Source of the DNA: Nitrospirota bacterium
Lineage (GTDB): Bacteria; Nitrospirota; UBA9217
DNA: 64,000 nt
Direction of reading: 5' to 3'
NCBI GenBank assembly: GCA_963818475.1
Contig: CAWFSF010000006.1
Coordinates: 736,001-800,000, forward strand
The notes beneath the pieces were generated by a model. The model ran no database searches, was not told the origin of the DNA, and saw only the letters and a list, made by a program, of their open reading frames with translations. Shown here one piece after another: positions 30,625-40,785 of this stretch; positions within the stretch are counted from its first letter, which is position 1; every line of letters starts with the position of its first letter. The translations under genes were made by a program, and so were the position numbers.

Positions 30625-30646
30625 ACATAATGTAATGGGAAAAAAC

Positions 30647-30706
30647 ACATAGCAAGCCAACCCAGGCGACGCCAAAGATCTGCACGCCTGGTTTCATTCG
30701 TTAGCA
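30647..30706 (+). other. attC site (degenerate R'')
   Basis: ACATAGC..AACCCAGGCG..CGCCTGGTT..GTTAGCA. Confidence 0.7.
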
Positions 30707-30734
30707 TGCACTACTATATAGGTACAGAGAATCC

Positions 30735-31646
30735 ATGAACTCGCAGGAACCATTAAACAAAACGGAGCAGCAACAGAAATATATTGGATGGCATGTTGTT
30801 GCTATTCTCGATCTGTTGGGACAGCAAGATGCGCTTAGAAATTTAACGGTATTGCCAAATCGCAATAATAAAGAAGAATTTGATGAATTCAAACGTAAAG
30901 TAGAGGAATTTTATAAACCATTCTACGCAATTAGAAAATTCTTTACGAGCAGCATTCAAATATATCAAGCTGGAAAAGATATTAGTCAATTATCACCGGA
31001 CGAACAAGATTTTTTGAAATCATTCAGAAACTCTCCCATCTTCCTGCGACATTTTTCAGATTCATTAATCGCTCACGTTCCCTTGAACAAAGATATCAGC
31101 AAGTTTCCTTGCAGGGCTATCTATGGGGTACTCGCGGCTACAGCCCAAACAATGGTCTCATGCCTTGCAAATAAAATGGCACTGCGTGGTGGAATAGAAC
31201 TCGGGATAGCCATGCACCTTGATGAAAATGAGATATATGGTCCAGCATTGGCAAGGGCACATACATTGGAAAACAAAATAGCTCAATACCCCCGGATACT
31301 TATCGGCGATGAGCTTGTTCGTTACCTTCATGCTGTTGCTGGACAAGATCCTAGTAGCTCTGAAGCAAGAGTGAACAGCGGCTTGGCAGCAAAATCTTTA
31401 GAACTACTCGCTGTGGATGACGATGGCCAGATGTTTCTTGATTATTTGGGACCACACTTTCGAGATGCGCTTCAGCATTTACCGATAAGCAAAGAAGCCG
31501 TTCAAATGGCATATAATTTTGTCATTGAACAGTCCATTAAACATAAAGAGTCTCGCAACTCAAAGTTAGGCTTTCGATATACGTTGCTTCGGAATTACTT
31601 CGAGTCTCGACTAGCGTTATGGGGGCTATCTACCGCACTTGAATAG
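30735..31646 (+). CDS. Class III nucleotide-cyclase-like cassette protein
   Basis: VAILDLLG; FSDS; LRGGIELG; IYGPALARAHTLE..AQYPRILI. Confidence 0.65.
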   Translation: MNSQEPLNKTEQQQKYIGWHVVAILDLLGQQDALRNLTVLPNRNNKEEFDEFKRKVEEFYKPFYAIRKFFTSSIQIYQAGKDISQLSPDEQDFLKSFRNSPIFLRHFSDSLIAHVPLNKDISKFPCRAIYGVLAATAQTMVSCLANKMALRGGIELGIAMHLDENEIYGPALARAHTLENKIAQYPRILIGDELVRYLHAVAGQDPSSSEARVNSGLAAKSLELLAVDDDGQMFLDYLGPHFRDALQHLPISKEAVQMAYNFVIEQSIKHKESRNSKLGFRYTLLRNYFESRLALWGLSTALE

Positions 31647-31684
31647 CGGTCGAGACGAGCAAGATGATTCCTTAATGTATTATG

Positions 31685-31739
31685 TGCCAACAATCGTTCC
31701 ACGCCGACCGCTTCGCGGCATGTGAACTCATCGTTCAAA
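31685..31739 (+). other. attC site
   Basis: TGCCAAC..GTTC(C)AC..GCCG..CGGC..GTGAAC..GTTCAAA. Confidence 0.75.
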
Positions 31740-31973
31740 TGCAAGTTTCAACCGGTAATCGTTAGTTCTTCTGACTAATCGTAACCCACAGTTGCACGTG
31801 TAATCAACATATGATACCGCTACCCGATGGTAGCGGTTGATAAGCATTTTTTTAAGCGAGGCATAGATCCATGAAACAGAGATCTATGCTTTTTTTGTGC
31901 ATTTTTTCTTGACAAAGACGGTTCATTGACTTAAAGTTAAACAGTTGTTTTATAATAGTGGAGGGTTGATGTT

Positions 31974-32394
31974 ATGCGTAACATGCGGTTATTTATAGGT
32001 TTATTGTGCTTCATTTTCCTGTTTGCTTCTGCTGCCCTGGCCCAGTTTCCTGTCATTAGTGCCGACGACGTCAAGGTATGGATGCGCGGCAAAGCAGAAG
32101 GTCGTGCTCATTGACTCGCGGCTGCCTGAGGAATATCAACAGGCCCATCTTCCGGGAGCCATCAGCATCCCGGCAGAGCGCATGAAGCTGGAGGCGAAAA
32201 AGCTTCCCAAGGACAAGACCACGCCGCTCATTTTTTATTGCCGGGGCGAGGGATGCACTCTCAGCAGGACTGCGGCATATGCTGCGATGGAAATGGGATA
32301 CACCCATCTTATGATCTATCAGGCGGGATTGCCTGACTGGCTGCTGCGCGGGAACCCGGTCCAAAAGGGCGACAAGCCGGGATCGCTCAAGTAA
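31974..32394 (+). CDS. Exported rhodanese-domain protein (frameshift near 32090)
   Basis: Signal peptide; IDSR..EYQQAHLPGA; FYCRGEGC; GLPDW. Confidence 0.85.
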
Positions 32395-32419
32395 GGCGCG
32401 GAACAGGAGATACGATAGC

Positions 32420-33223
32420 ATGGCCATAAAGAGAGAAAAAGAGAACTATACGATCCAGTCCGTGTCGCATGCGCTGGACATCCTCGAGTCCTTTACCAAG
32501 AACGAGGACGAACTCGGCGTGACCGGTCTGTCAAAACGACTGGGACTGCACAAGAACAATGTCTTCCGTTTGCTTGCCACGCTTGAGCACCGGGGCTATA
32601 TCGAGCAGAACCATCTGACCGAGAACTACCGCCTCGGCCCGAAGACGCTGCAGATCGGATCGATCTTCATCGAGCAGCGGGAGTGCCGCCGGCAGGCGCG
32701 GCCGATCCTCGAGGGCCTCATGGCATCCTCGGGAGAGACGGCGGTGGTGGCGGTGTTGCGCGGCAATAAAGTGATCTATATGGACAGCGTCGAGACCGAC
32801 AGGACGGTGCGGGCCGTGTCGCGCATCGGGGCCATGCTCCCGGCGTACTGCACGGCAGTCGGAAAGATCCAGCTTGCCCAGCTCGCGGCTGACGATGTCG
32901 AACGGTTGTACCCGGAGCGCGACCTGCCTGTCGTCACCACGAAGACGATCACCAGCCGCGCTGTCCTGGCTGCTGAACTGAAGAAGGCGCTGGAGCAGGG
33001 ATATGCGCTGGAGAACGAGGAGGCCGAGCTCGAAGTGCGCAGCATTGCCGCCCCGATCAGGGATTTTTCGAAGAAGGTCATTGCAGCCGTGGGCATTGTG
33101 GCGCCGGCAAGCCGGCTGACCGACGAACGGATCGAAAAGAACAGGATCAGCGCCATGCTCATCGAGGCCGGCAATGCCATTTCCGTCAAGATGGGCTGCA
33201 GCGGCCCCCTCGCGAAGAAGTAA
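32420..33223 (+). CDS. IclR family transcriptional regulator
   Basis: IQSVSHALDILE HTH; LPAYCTAVGK; SIAAPIRD. Confidence 0.95.
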   Translation: MAIKREKENYTIQSVSHALDILESFTKNEDELGVTGLSKRLGLHKNNVFRLLATLEHRGYIEQNHLTENYRLGPKTLQIGSIFIEQRECRRQARPILEGLMASSGETAVVAVLRGNKVIYMDSVETDRTVRAVSRIGAMLPAYCTAVGKIQLAQLAADDVERLYPERDLPVVTTKTITSRAVLAAELKKALEQGYALENEEAELEVRSIAAPIRDFSKKVIAAVGIVAPASRLTDERIEKNRISAMLIEAGNAISVKMGCSGPLAKK

Positions 33224-33293
33224 CAACAGCCTGCATCGGGGCGTCCGAGTCCTTTGTTGACACCTTCGATTCAGCTATGTTATTATCGCTCGA

Positions 33294-34124
33294 ATGATGA
33301 GAGAACAAAAATGGGACCGTCTCCGGGAACTGCTCCGGGAGATGAAGCTTGCCGTCCTTGCCTATTCAGGCGGGGTGGACAGTTCCCTGCTGCTTCGCGC
33401 GGCATCGGAGGTCATGGGGCCGCACTTGATCGCGGTCACCGCTGTTTCCGATACCTACCCGCAGGGCGAACTCGAGGCCGCGCAGGCCTTCGTCCGCAGT
33501 CTCGGCGTTACGCACCGCATCCTTCACACCGGAGAACTGGATAACGAGCAGTTCGTGCAGAACACGCCAGAACGCTGCCTTCACTGCAAGACCGAGCTGT
33601 TCGCAAAACTCGCTGCCATAGCCGCCACCGAAGGGATCCCCTTCATTCTTGACGGTTCGAACACCGACGATCTCACGGACCATCGCCCGGGAAGACGGGC
33701 GGCTGAAGCCTATTCCGTGCGGAGCCCGCTGGTAGAAGCGGGGATCAATAAGGCCGATGTCCGCCACCTCGCCTCGTTGCTGAACCTTCCCCAGTGGGAC
33801 AAACCGTCGCTCGCCTGCCTTTCCTCCCGCATTCCCTACGGCACCAGGATCACCAGGGATATCCTCGACAGGGTCCAGCGGGCGGAGGACTGTCTGCACG
33901 GTCTCGGCTTCCGTCAGGTGCGCGTACGCCATCATGGCGATACGGCGCGCATCGAGCTCGACAAAAACGATTTTTCGCGGCTGCTTGCCGCTGATGTTGC
34001 GGACCGGGTGGTGGCATCGCTCAAGGAACTGGGATATACCTATGTCAGCCTCGACCTTGCCGGGTATAGGACGGGGAGCATGAATTTAGGATTGGACAGC
34101 GTAAGTAATCAACAAAGAATATAA
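33294..34124 (+). CDS. larE: ATP-dependent sacrificial sulfur transferase LarE
   Basis: AYSGGVDS PP-loop; CLHCK; RPGRRA; ACLSSRIPYG; RVRHH; GYRTGSMN. Confidence 0.9.
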   Translation: MMREQKWDRLRELLREMKLAVLAYSGGVDSSLLLRAASEVMGPHLIAVTAVSDTYPQGELEAAQAFVRSLGVTHRILHTGELDNEQFVQNTPERCLHCKTELFAKLAAIAATEGIPFILDGSNTDDLTDHRPGRRAAEAYSVRSPLVEAGINKADVRHLASLLNLPQWDKPSLACLSSRIPYGTRITRDILDRVQRAEDCLHGLGFRQVRVRHHGDTARIELDKNDFSRLLAADVADRVVASLKELGYTYVSLDLAGYRTGSMNLGLDSVSNQQRI

Positions 34125-34228
34125 CCTTTGACACGGAAGAAGCTGATAACGGCTATGATAAAGGCGGATACACCAAGGTCTTATCCTGATTTTTCATAAT
34201 TTAATCCGCCCTGATCCGTGTCAAAGGT
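34124..34228. repeat. Palindromic intergenic element with a 14 bp IR
   Basis: ACCTTTGACACGGA...TCCGTGTCAAAGGT. Confidence 0.75.
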
Positions 34229-34305
34229 CTTTTGCCTGTTTCCGTTGTTGTAGGTTTCGCCCGGTTAGAAATAACATCATAATATCCGCGGTACGAGGTG
34301 GGAAG

Positions 34306-35583
34306 ATGAAGGTATTGGTTATAGGCGGTGGGGGCAGGGAGCATGCGCTGGTCTGGAAGGTCTCGCAGAGCCCGCGGGTCGCGAAGATCTATGCAGCGCC
34401 GGGCAACGCAGGCATTTCGCAGCTGGCTGAATGCGTGCCGGTGAAGTCCGACGATATCTCCGGGCTGCTCGCGTTTGCCAAAGCGAACAGGATCGATCTT
34501 ACGATCGTCGGCCCCGAGGTCCCGCTCTCCATGGGCATTGTCGATGAGTTCGTACAGGCAGGCCTGCGCATCTTCGGCCCGAGCAAAAAGGCCGCGGAGA
34601 TCGAGGCAAGCAAGACCTTTACGAAGGACCTCATGAAGAAATACCATATTCCCTCGTCGGAGTACGGGATCTTCACGGACCGAAAGGCTGCCGAGGCCTA
34701 CGTGCGCGAAAAGGGAGCGCCCATCGTGGTGAAGGCCGACGGTCTGGCCGCAGGCAAGGGCGTGGTCGTTGCCGAGACCGTGGAGGAAGCGCTTGCCGCC
34801 CTCGATATGATCATGGCCCAAAAAGCTTTTGGCGCTGCCGGAGACCGCGTGGTGATCGAAGAGTGCCTGAAAGGGGAGGAAGCGTCGTTCATGGCCTTTA
34901 CGGACGGCAAGACCGTGGTGCCCATGGCGTCGTCGCAGGACCATAAACGCGTGTTCGATCTGGACAAAGGGCCGAACACGGGAGGCATGGGCGCCTATTC
35001 TCCTGCTCCCATCGTGACCAGGGCGATCGAGCGCCAGGTCATGGAAAAGGTGATGATCCCGACGGTGCAGGCCATGGAAAAGGAAGGCCGTCTGTTCAAG
35101 GGCGTGCTTTACGCCGGCCTCATGATCCATGAAGGCGTGGCCAAAGTGCTTGAGTTCAACGCGCGCTTCGGCGATCCCGAGACGCAGCCGATCATGTCCC
35201 GGCTCGATACGGACCTGATCGACATCATCGAGGCCATCCTGGACAACTCGCTCGCGAAGGTCGCGATCACGTGGAAACCCGATTCAGCGGTCTGCGTGGT
35301 CATGGCATCAGGCGGGTATCCCGGCGAATACGAGAAGGACAGGGAGATCACGGGCCTTGAAAAAGCGGCAATCCGGAAGCAGGTGATGGTCTTTCACTCG
35401 GGAACAGCGCTGCGGAACGGCAAGGTCGTGACCGACGGCGGCAGGGTGCTCGGGGTCACGGGACTGGGGCCGAGCGTTGCCGCTGCCATTGATCATGCCT
35501 ATGCCGCAGTGCGGGACATTTCCTTTGACGGGGCGCACTATCGCAAGGACATCGGCGCGCGGGCGCTCGAGACGGGGAGCTGA
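34306..35583 (+). CDS. purD: Phosphoribosylamine-glycine ligase
   Basis: GGGGREHAL; KADGLAAGKG; GPNTGGMGAY; EFNARFGDPE. Confidence 0.97.
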   Translation: MKVLVIGGGGREHALVWKVSQSPRVAKIYAAPGNAGISQLAECVPVKSDDISGLLAFAKANRIDLTIVGPEVPLSMGIVDEFVQAGLRIFGPSKKAAEIEASKTFTKDLMKKYHIPSSEYGIFTDRKAAEAYVREKGAPIVVKADGLAAGKGVVVAETVEEALAALDMIMAQKAFGAAGDRVVIEECLKGEEASFMAFTDGKTVVPMASSQDHKRVFDLDKGPNTGGMGAYSPAPIVTRAIERQVMEKVMIPTVQAMEKEGRLFKGVLYAGLMIHEGVAKVLEFNARFGDPETQPIMSRLDTDLIDIIEAILDNSLAKVAITWKPDSAVCVVMASGGYPGEYEKDREITGLEKAAIRKQVMVFHSGTALRNGKVVTDGGRVLGVTGLGPSVAAAIDHAYAAVRDISFDGAHYRKDIGARALETGS

Positions 35584-36351
35584 TGGCGCAAAAAGCCACC
35601 ATAACCGCGATCGCCCGTTTTCTGAACAGAACGCTGCGGGTCAGGTCCATCAAGGACGCTTCCGTGAACGGCCTGCAGGTGCGGTCGCGCAAAGCCGGGG
35701 AGATCAGGATGGTCGGTTTTGCCGTCGACGGGTGCCTGTCGACCTTTGAGAAGGCGAAAGAACTGGGTGTGGAACTGCTGGTGGTGCACCATGGCATAGC
35801 CTGGAGGCCGCAAAAGGACCGGGACCTGGAGAAGGGCCGGGCTGCCTGGCTCAGGAAGAACAACATGGCGCTCTATGCGGTGCATCTGCCGCTCGATCTG
35901 CATGAGGAATACGGGAACAACATGCAGCTCTGCCGTTTGCTCGGGGTGCAGGACCCGAAAAAATTCGGGAGATATCACGGCATCAAGATCGGCTACGCAG
36001 GGACCTTCAAGAGGGCTGTCAGCCTGAATGCCGCAGCATCCGTCCTGAACCGAGGATCTGGACACCCAATGCCGCGTTCTTCCCTTCGGGAGCAAACGGC
36101 TCAGCTCGATCGGGATCATCTCCGGCGGCGGAGGAAGCCTGTTAAAAGAAGCCTGCTCAGCCAAGCTCGACTGCTTTCTGGTGGGAGAGATCGATCTGGC
36201 GGTGTACAACGCGGCGCGGGAATACGGCATGAACCTCATTGTGGCCGGCCACTATGCGACCGAGACCGTCGGGGTGAAGGCCCTGCTGCCGCTGGTCAGG
36301 GAGTCTTTTGGCGTGAACACGGTATTTGTGCCGGATAAAAAAGAGCTATAG
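35583..36351 (+). CDS. Nif3-like dinuclear metal protein (frameshift near 36060)
   Basis: NGLQV; VHHG; HLPLDLH..GNN; AGHYATE in the second frame. Confidence 0.9.
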
Positions 36352-36389
36352 CTGTCCGTAGGGGCAGTAAATGAAAACGAATTATATAT

Positions 36390-36470
36390 GCCGACGAGTC
36401 GGCACCACGGTGAATGAAACCCCTCACCCTACCCTCTCCCCTCGGGGGAGAGGATAAAGGTGAGGGGGAT
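36390..36470 (+). repeat. CCCTCACCCTACCCTCTCCC repeat, copy 1
   Basis: Near-identical to 40088-40158, including the GCCGAC..GTCGGC hairpin. Confidence 0.85.
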
Positions 36471-36495
36471 TTACAGGTGAAGGAAGGGAGTTGTT

Positions 36496-37174
36496 ATGGC
36501 CAAACCAGTAGTAGGGATCTTGATGGGGAGCGATTCCGATCTCCCGGTCATGCAGGAAGCGGCAGCCATGCTGCAGGAGTTCGGCATTGAATATGAGATG
36601 TCGATCGCTTCGGCGCACCGGACGCCCAAAAAAGTGCATGGAGTACAGCCAGACCGCTGAGAAGCGCGGGATCAAGGTCATCATTGCCGGCGCCGGCTGG
36701 GCAGCGCATCTGGCCGGTGTCATCGCGTCGCACACGACGCTCCCGGTGATCGGCGTGCCGATCGATTCTTCGCCGCTCAAGGGGCTTGATGCGCTCCTGG
36801 CCACGGCGCAGATGCCGGCCGGCGTGCCGGTAGCCACGATGTCCCTGGGCAAATCGGGCGCGAAGAACGCAGGGATCTTTGCAGCGCAGATCATCGCCAC
36901 GAGCGACGTAAAGATCGCGAACCGGATCAAGGTCTTCAAAGTGGAGATGGAACGCGAAGTGGAGGAAAAGGCGAAGCGGCTCATTGCCATTTCAACCGTC
37001 AGGCCGACACTGAAAGAAGCAAAAGAACCGAAAGAGCTGAGAGAACCAAAAGAGCCGAGAGAACCAAAGGAGCCTGAAGCTGCCGAGGCTGCGCCGGCCA
37101 AAAAGAAATCGCGCCGCCGGCGCTGGAAGAAAAAGACGGGTGGCACGACGCCCGGTCAGGAACCGGCATCGTGA
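36496..37174 (+). CDS. purE: N5-CAIR mutase with a C-terminal low-complexity tail (frameshift near 36630)
   Basis: MGSDSDL; SAHRTP; IAGAG; LPVIGVP; [10 protein letters not shown]. Confidence 0.93.
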
Positions 37175-38023
37175 GGACCGACCTCGAGTGTCTGCCCTGT
37201 TTCTTCGGCCAGATCACCCGAACCTTGAAGCACGCAGGCGTCAACGGGGACCAGGGCCGCAGCATCGCGCGCCGGGCCGGAGAGATCGTCGCCAGCGCCT
37301 CCCTTGATGAGGTGCCGGCACGGACCTCAACGCTCATCCACCGGTTTTTGCGCTCGGAGAGCGGCGTCGACCCCTACCATGAGGTCAAGACAACGTACAA
37401 CCGCATCGCCCTGGACCTGCTGCCGGAGCTTATGCGGATCGCTGGGCGGCATGCCGGACCGGCTTGAGGGCGGGGTCCGGGCAGCCATTGCCGGCAACGT
37501 CATCGACTTCGGCATCTATGATCACATCGATCTGCGGCGCTCCATTGAAGAGTCCTTCCATCTTGAACTTTCCCGGGGTTCCTTTGATGCCTTTCGGCGC
37601 GCCGTAGAAACCGCCGGCCGCATCCTCTATCTGTGCGACAATGCCGGCGAGATCGTGTTCGACCGCGTGCTGCTCCGGATCCTGCAGGAGAAGGGGAAAT
37701 CAGTGACCGTGGCGGTCAAGGGCGCGCCGGTCATTAACGATGCAACGCTCGATGACGCGGCTGAAGCCGCGATGACGGAATATGCCGAGCTCATCGACAA
37801 CGGCAGCGACGGGATCGGCACGCTTCTCGAGTCCTGTTCGGAACGTTTTCAGGACGCCTACCGGTCGGCCGACATGATCATCAGCAAAGGCCAGGCTAAT
37901 TTCGAGACTCTGGAGCAGACGCGCGATCCGCGCCTGTTCTTTCTGTTCAAGGTAAAATGCCCGGTGGTCGGCCGCGCATTGGGCCGGGAGAATGGCGATA
38001 TCGTGCTGACGCAGGGTTCCTGA
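37171..38023 (+). CDS. ARMT1/DUF89 damage-control phosphatase (frameshift near 37450)
   Basis: ECLPC; AIAGNVIDFG; DNAGEIVFD; SKGQANFE; KVKC. Confidence 0.9.
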
Positions 38024-38056
38024 ATTTCGAATTGCGGATTTCGGATTGCGGATTTT
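38021..38056. repeat. Heptamer repeat tract
   Basis: ATTTCGA ATTGCGG ATTTCGG ATTGCGG. Confidence 0.7.
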
Positions 38057-38092
38057 TCTGTTCCCAACTGTTATCTGCAGAAAATATGATCT

Positions 38093-38743
38093 ATGGGCGC
38101 AGAGATAGTTACCTTTGATCCGGTTCATCCTGATCCGGCGTTTGCGCGTTGCAGCGACGTCATTAGTGCGGGGGGCGTCATCGCCTATCCCACGGATACG
38201 TTCTACGGGCTTGGCGCTGATCCGAGGAACCCCGATGCCGTCAAAAGGCTTTTTGAGATCAAAGGCAGGCCGGCTGGTCAGCCGATCCTGCTTCTGCTGC
38301 ACGACCGCAGCATGGTGCGGGAATGGGCACAGGGGATTACGTCAGAGGCGGCAGCGCTCATGGATGCCTTCTGGCCCGGTCCGTTGACCCTGGTCTTCAC
38401 CGCACTGCCGACTGTGCTTCAGGAATTGACCGGAGGCACGGGTCGTATCGGCCTCCGGGTACCGGGCAATACAGTGACGCGTCGTTTGCTGGAAGCTCTG
38501 GGGACAGCGCTCACCGGGACGAGCGCCAACCGTTCAGGAGGCCCTGACCTGCAGACAGCCCGGGACGTGGCCGGGGTGCTCGGAGAGCGGGTGGACCTGA
38601 TCCTCGACGCCGGCAGAACATCGGGAGGGAAAGCGTCGACCGTCGTCGATGTCAGCGCTGCCGGACTGACGCTGGTCCGCGAAGGTGCTGTTTCAGAACA
38701 AGAGCTCAGGGACACCTGGCATAAATTCAAGAAAAAGGCCTGA
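38093..38743 (+). CDS. tsaC: L-threonylcarbamoyladenylate synthase (TsaC/YrdC)
   Basis: YPTDTFYGL; KGRP; FWPGPLT; TSANRSG; STVVD. Confidence 0.92.
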   Translation: MGAEIVTFDPVHPDPAFARCSDVISAGGVIAYPTDTFYGLGADPRNPDAVKRLFEIKGRPAGQPILLLLHDRSMVREWAQGITSEAAALMDAFWPGPLTLVFTALPTVLQELTGGTGRIGLRVPGNTVTRRLLEALGTALTGTSANRSGGPDLQTARDVAGVLGERVDLILDAGRTSGGKASTVVDVSAAGLTLVREGAVSEQELRDTWHKFKKKA

Positions 38744-38754
38744 AAGGAATTTGC

Positions 38755-40074
38755 ATGAAAAAAGTATTTGTTCTGGACACCAACGTACTGCTCCACGATC
38801 CCCGGGCGATCTTTTCGTTCGAGGACAACGATGTGGTGATCCCCATCGTGGTGATCGAGGAACTCGACAAGTTCAAGAAGGGCGTTGACGAGATCGGCAG
38901 GAACGCGCGCCAGGTCTCGCGGATCCTTGACGAATACCGGCTGAAGGGCAAACTTTCGCAGGGCGTGCCGCTCGAAGGCGGGGGGAACCTGCGCGTCGAG
39001 CTGAACCACCAGTCGCCGGAGCACCTGCCGAATGAACTGATTGCGGAAAAGGCGGACAACCGGATCCTTGCCACTGCCCTGAACCTGAAGCATGACGACC
39101 TGCCGGTGATCCTGGTGACCAAGGACACGAACCTTCGCATCAAGGCCGACGCGCTCGGCATGACGGCCGAGGACTACGAGTCGGACACGATCACGCTCGA
39201 CGAACTGTACTCCGGCGAGACCGAACTGCTGGTGGCGCCGGGTGCGATCGACGATTTCTATGCCAGGGGAGAACTGCAGCCCGGGGATCCGACGCCCCTG
39301 CCGAACCAGTTCGTGCTGCTGAAGAACAGCGCCAACGAGTCGCAGACGGCGCTGGCGCGGTACAGCAAACAGAAGAACGCTTTTGTCCCGATCGCCAACG
39401 CCAAAGCACGGCGTCTGGGGCATCTCCGCAAAGAACAAGCAGCAGCAGTTCGCCCTCGACCTGCTTGCTGAACGACGATATCCGCCTGGTGACGCTGGTG
39501 GGCAAGGCGGGCACCGGCAAGACGCTGCTCGCTCTTGCCGCGGGACTGGAAAAGACCATCGAAGTGCGGTCGTTCCAGCGGCTGGTCGTATCCCGCCCCG
39601 TGTTCCCCATGGGCAAGGACATCGGATTCCTGCCCGGCGATATCGATGAGAAGCTGCAGGCCCTGGATGCAGCCCATCCGCGACAACCTCGATTTCCTCG
39701 TCGGCTCCTCGGGCGGGCCCGGCCGGGTCAAGGGAAAGAAGGACCTGCAGAGCCTCTTCGATCTCGGCATGATCGAGGTCGAGCCGCTCACCTACATCCG
39801 CGGCCGGAGCATGCCGAACCAGTACCTGATCGTGGACGAAGCGCAGAACCTGACGCCCCACGAGATCAAGACGATCATTACGCGCGCCGGCGAGGGCACC
39901 AAGGTCGTGCTGACCGGCGATCCCTATCAGATCGACAACCCCTACATCGATTCATCGAGCAACGGGCTCACCTACGTGGTCGACCGGTTCAAGGAAGAGT
40001 CCATTGCCGGTCATATCACGCTGGTGAAGGGTGAGCGTTCCGACCTTGCGGAACTGGCAGCAACGCTCTTGTAA
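38755..40074 (+). CDS. PhoH2 family PIN-PhoH protein (several frameshifts)
   Basis: VLDTNVLLHDP; GKAGTGKT; YIRGRS; DEAQNLT; GDPYQID. Confidence 0.9.
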
Positions 40075-40087
40075 CCATAACAGCCCT

Positions 40088-40158
40088 GCCGACTTGTCGG
40101 CAGAACAATGAATGAAAACCCTCACCCTACCCTCTCCCCTCGGGGGAGAGGATAAAGG
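40088..40158 (+). repeat. CCCTCACCCTACCCTCTCCC repeat, copy 2
   Basis: Matches 36390-36460. Confidence 0.85.
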
Positions 40159-40211
40159 AATGTACGGATGCAACACATATCCTAACCTGTCCACCATAAA
40201 AGGAGAGACCA

Positions 40212-40670
40212 ATGGCAAAAAACACATGCGCTACACCGGGTTTTGAAAAGCTGCTCGTTGCAACGGACGGCTCTCAGTTCAGCAAGGCAGCAGTCCAGGA
40301 GGCGATCGCTCTCGCCCGTGCCTGCTCAAGCACCCTGTACGTTCTGCTGGTGATCGAAGTAAACGCCGAGATCGATCTCTGGGCCGCCGAGGCTGCGGAC
40401 AAACTTGAAAAAGAAATGAGGAAGTATCTCGACGGGATAAAGGCGAAGGCGGCAAAAGAGGGGGTCAAATGCGAGACCATCCTGCATCTTGGCGATGAGC
40501 CCTACAAGGATATTGTTTCCGAAGCCGCCAAGCGGAAGGTCAAAACGATCATTATGGGCAGCCACGGGCGCACCGGACTGACCCGGCTCATGATGGGCAG
40601 TGTCGTCTCACGCGTCATCGGCCACGCTCCCTGCAAGGTACTGGTGGTTCCGACAAAGGCCGGCAAATAG
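40212..40670 (+). CDS. Universal stress protein
   Basis: LLVATDGS; MGSHGRTGLTRLMMGSV. Confidence 0.93.
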   Translation: MAKNTCATPGFEKLLVATDGSQFSKAAVQEAIALARACSSTLYVLLVIEVNAEIDLWAAEAADKLEKEMRKYLDGIKAKAAKEGVKCETILHLGDEPYKDIVSEAAKRKVKTIIMGSHGRTGLTRLMMGSVVSRVIGHAPCKVLVVPTKAGK

Positions 40671-40785
40671 TGCGGCAGAATGTTTTGGATCCGGGCTTGC
40701 GGAACTGCTGCACTTGAAACAGGGCGAGCCTGGATTCAATTTCTTGCTGGAAAAATCCCTGAAGAGTGTGGTACTATAGAGCGTT

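Noticed and set aside
38419-39861. Long antisense ORFs (also 34201-35130, 54064-55416, 23834-24871 and 42113-43066)
   Set aside because: They are shadows of high-GC sense genes and have no recognisable motifs.
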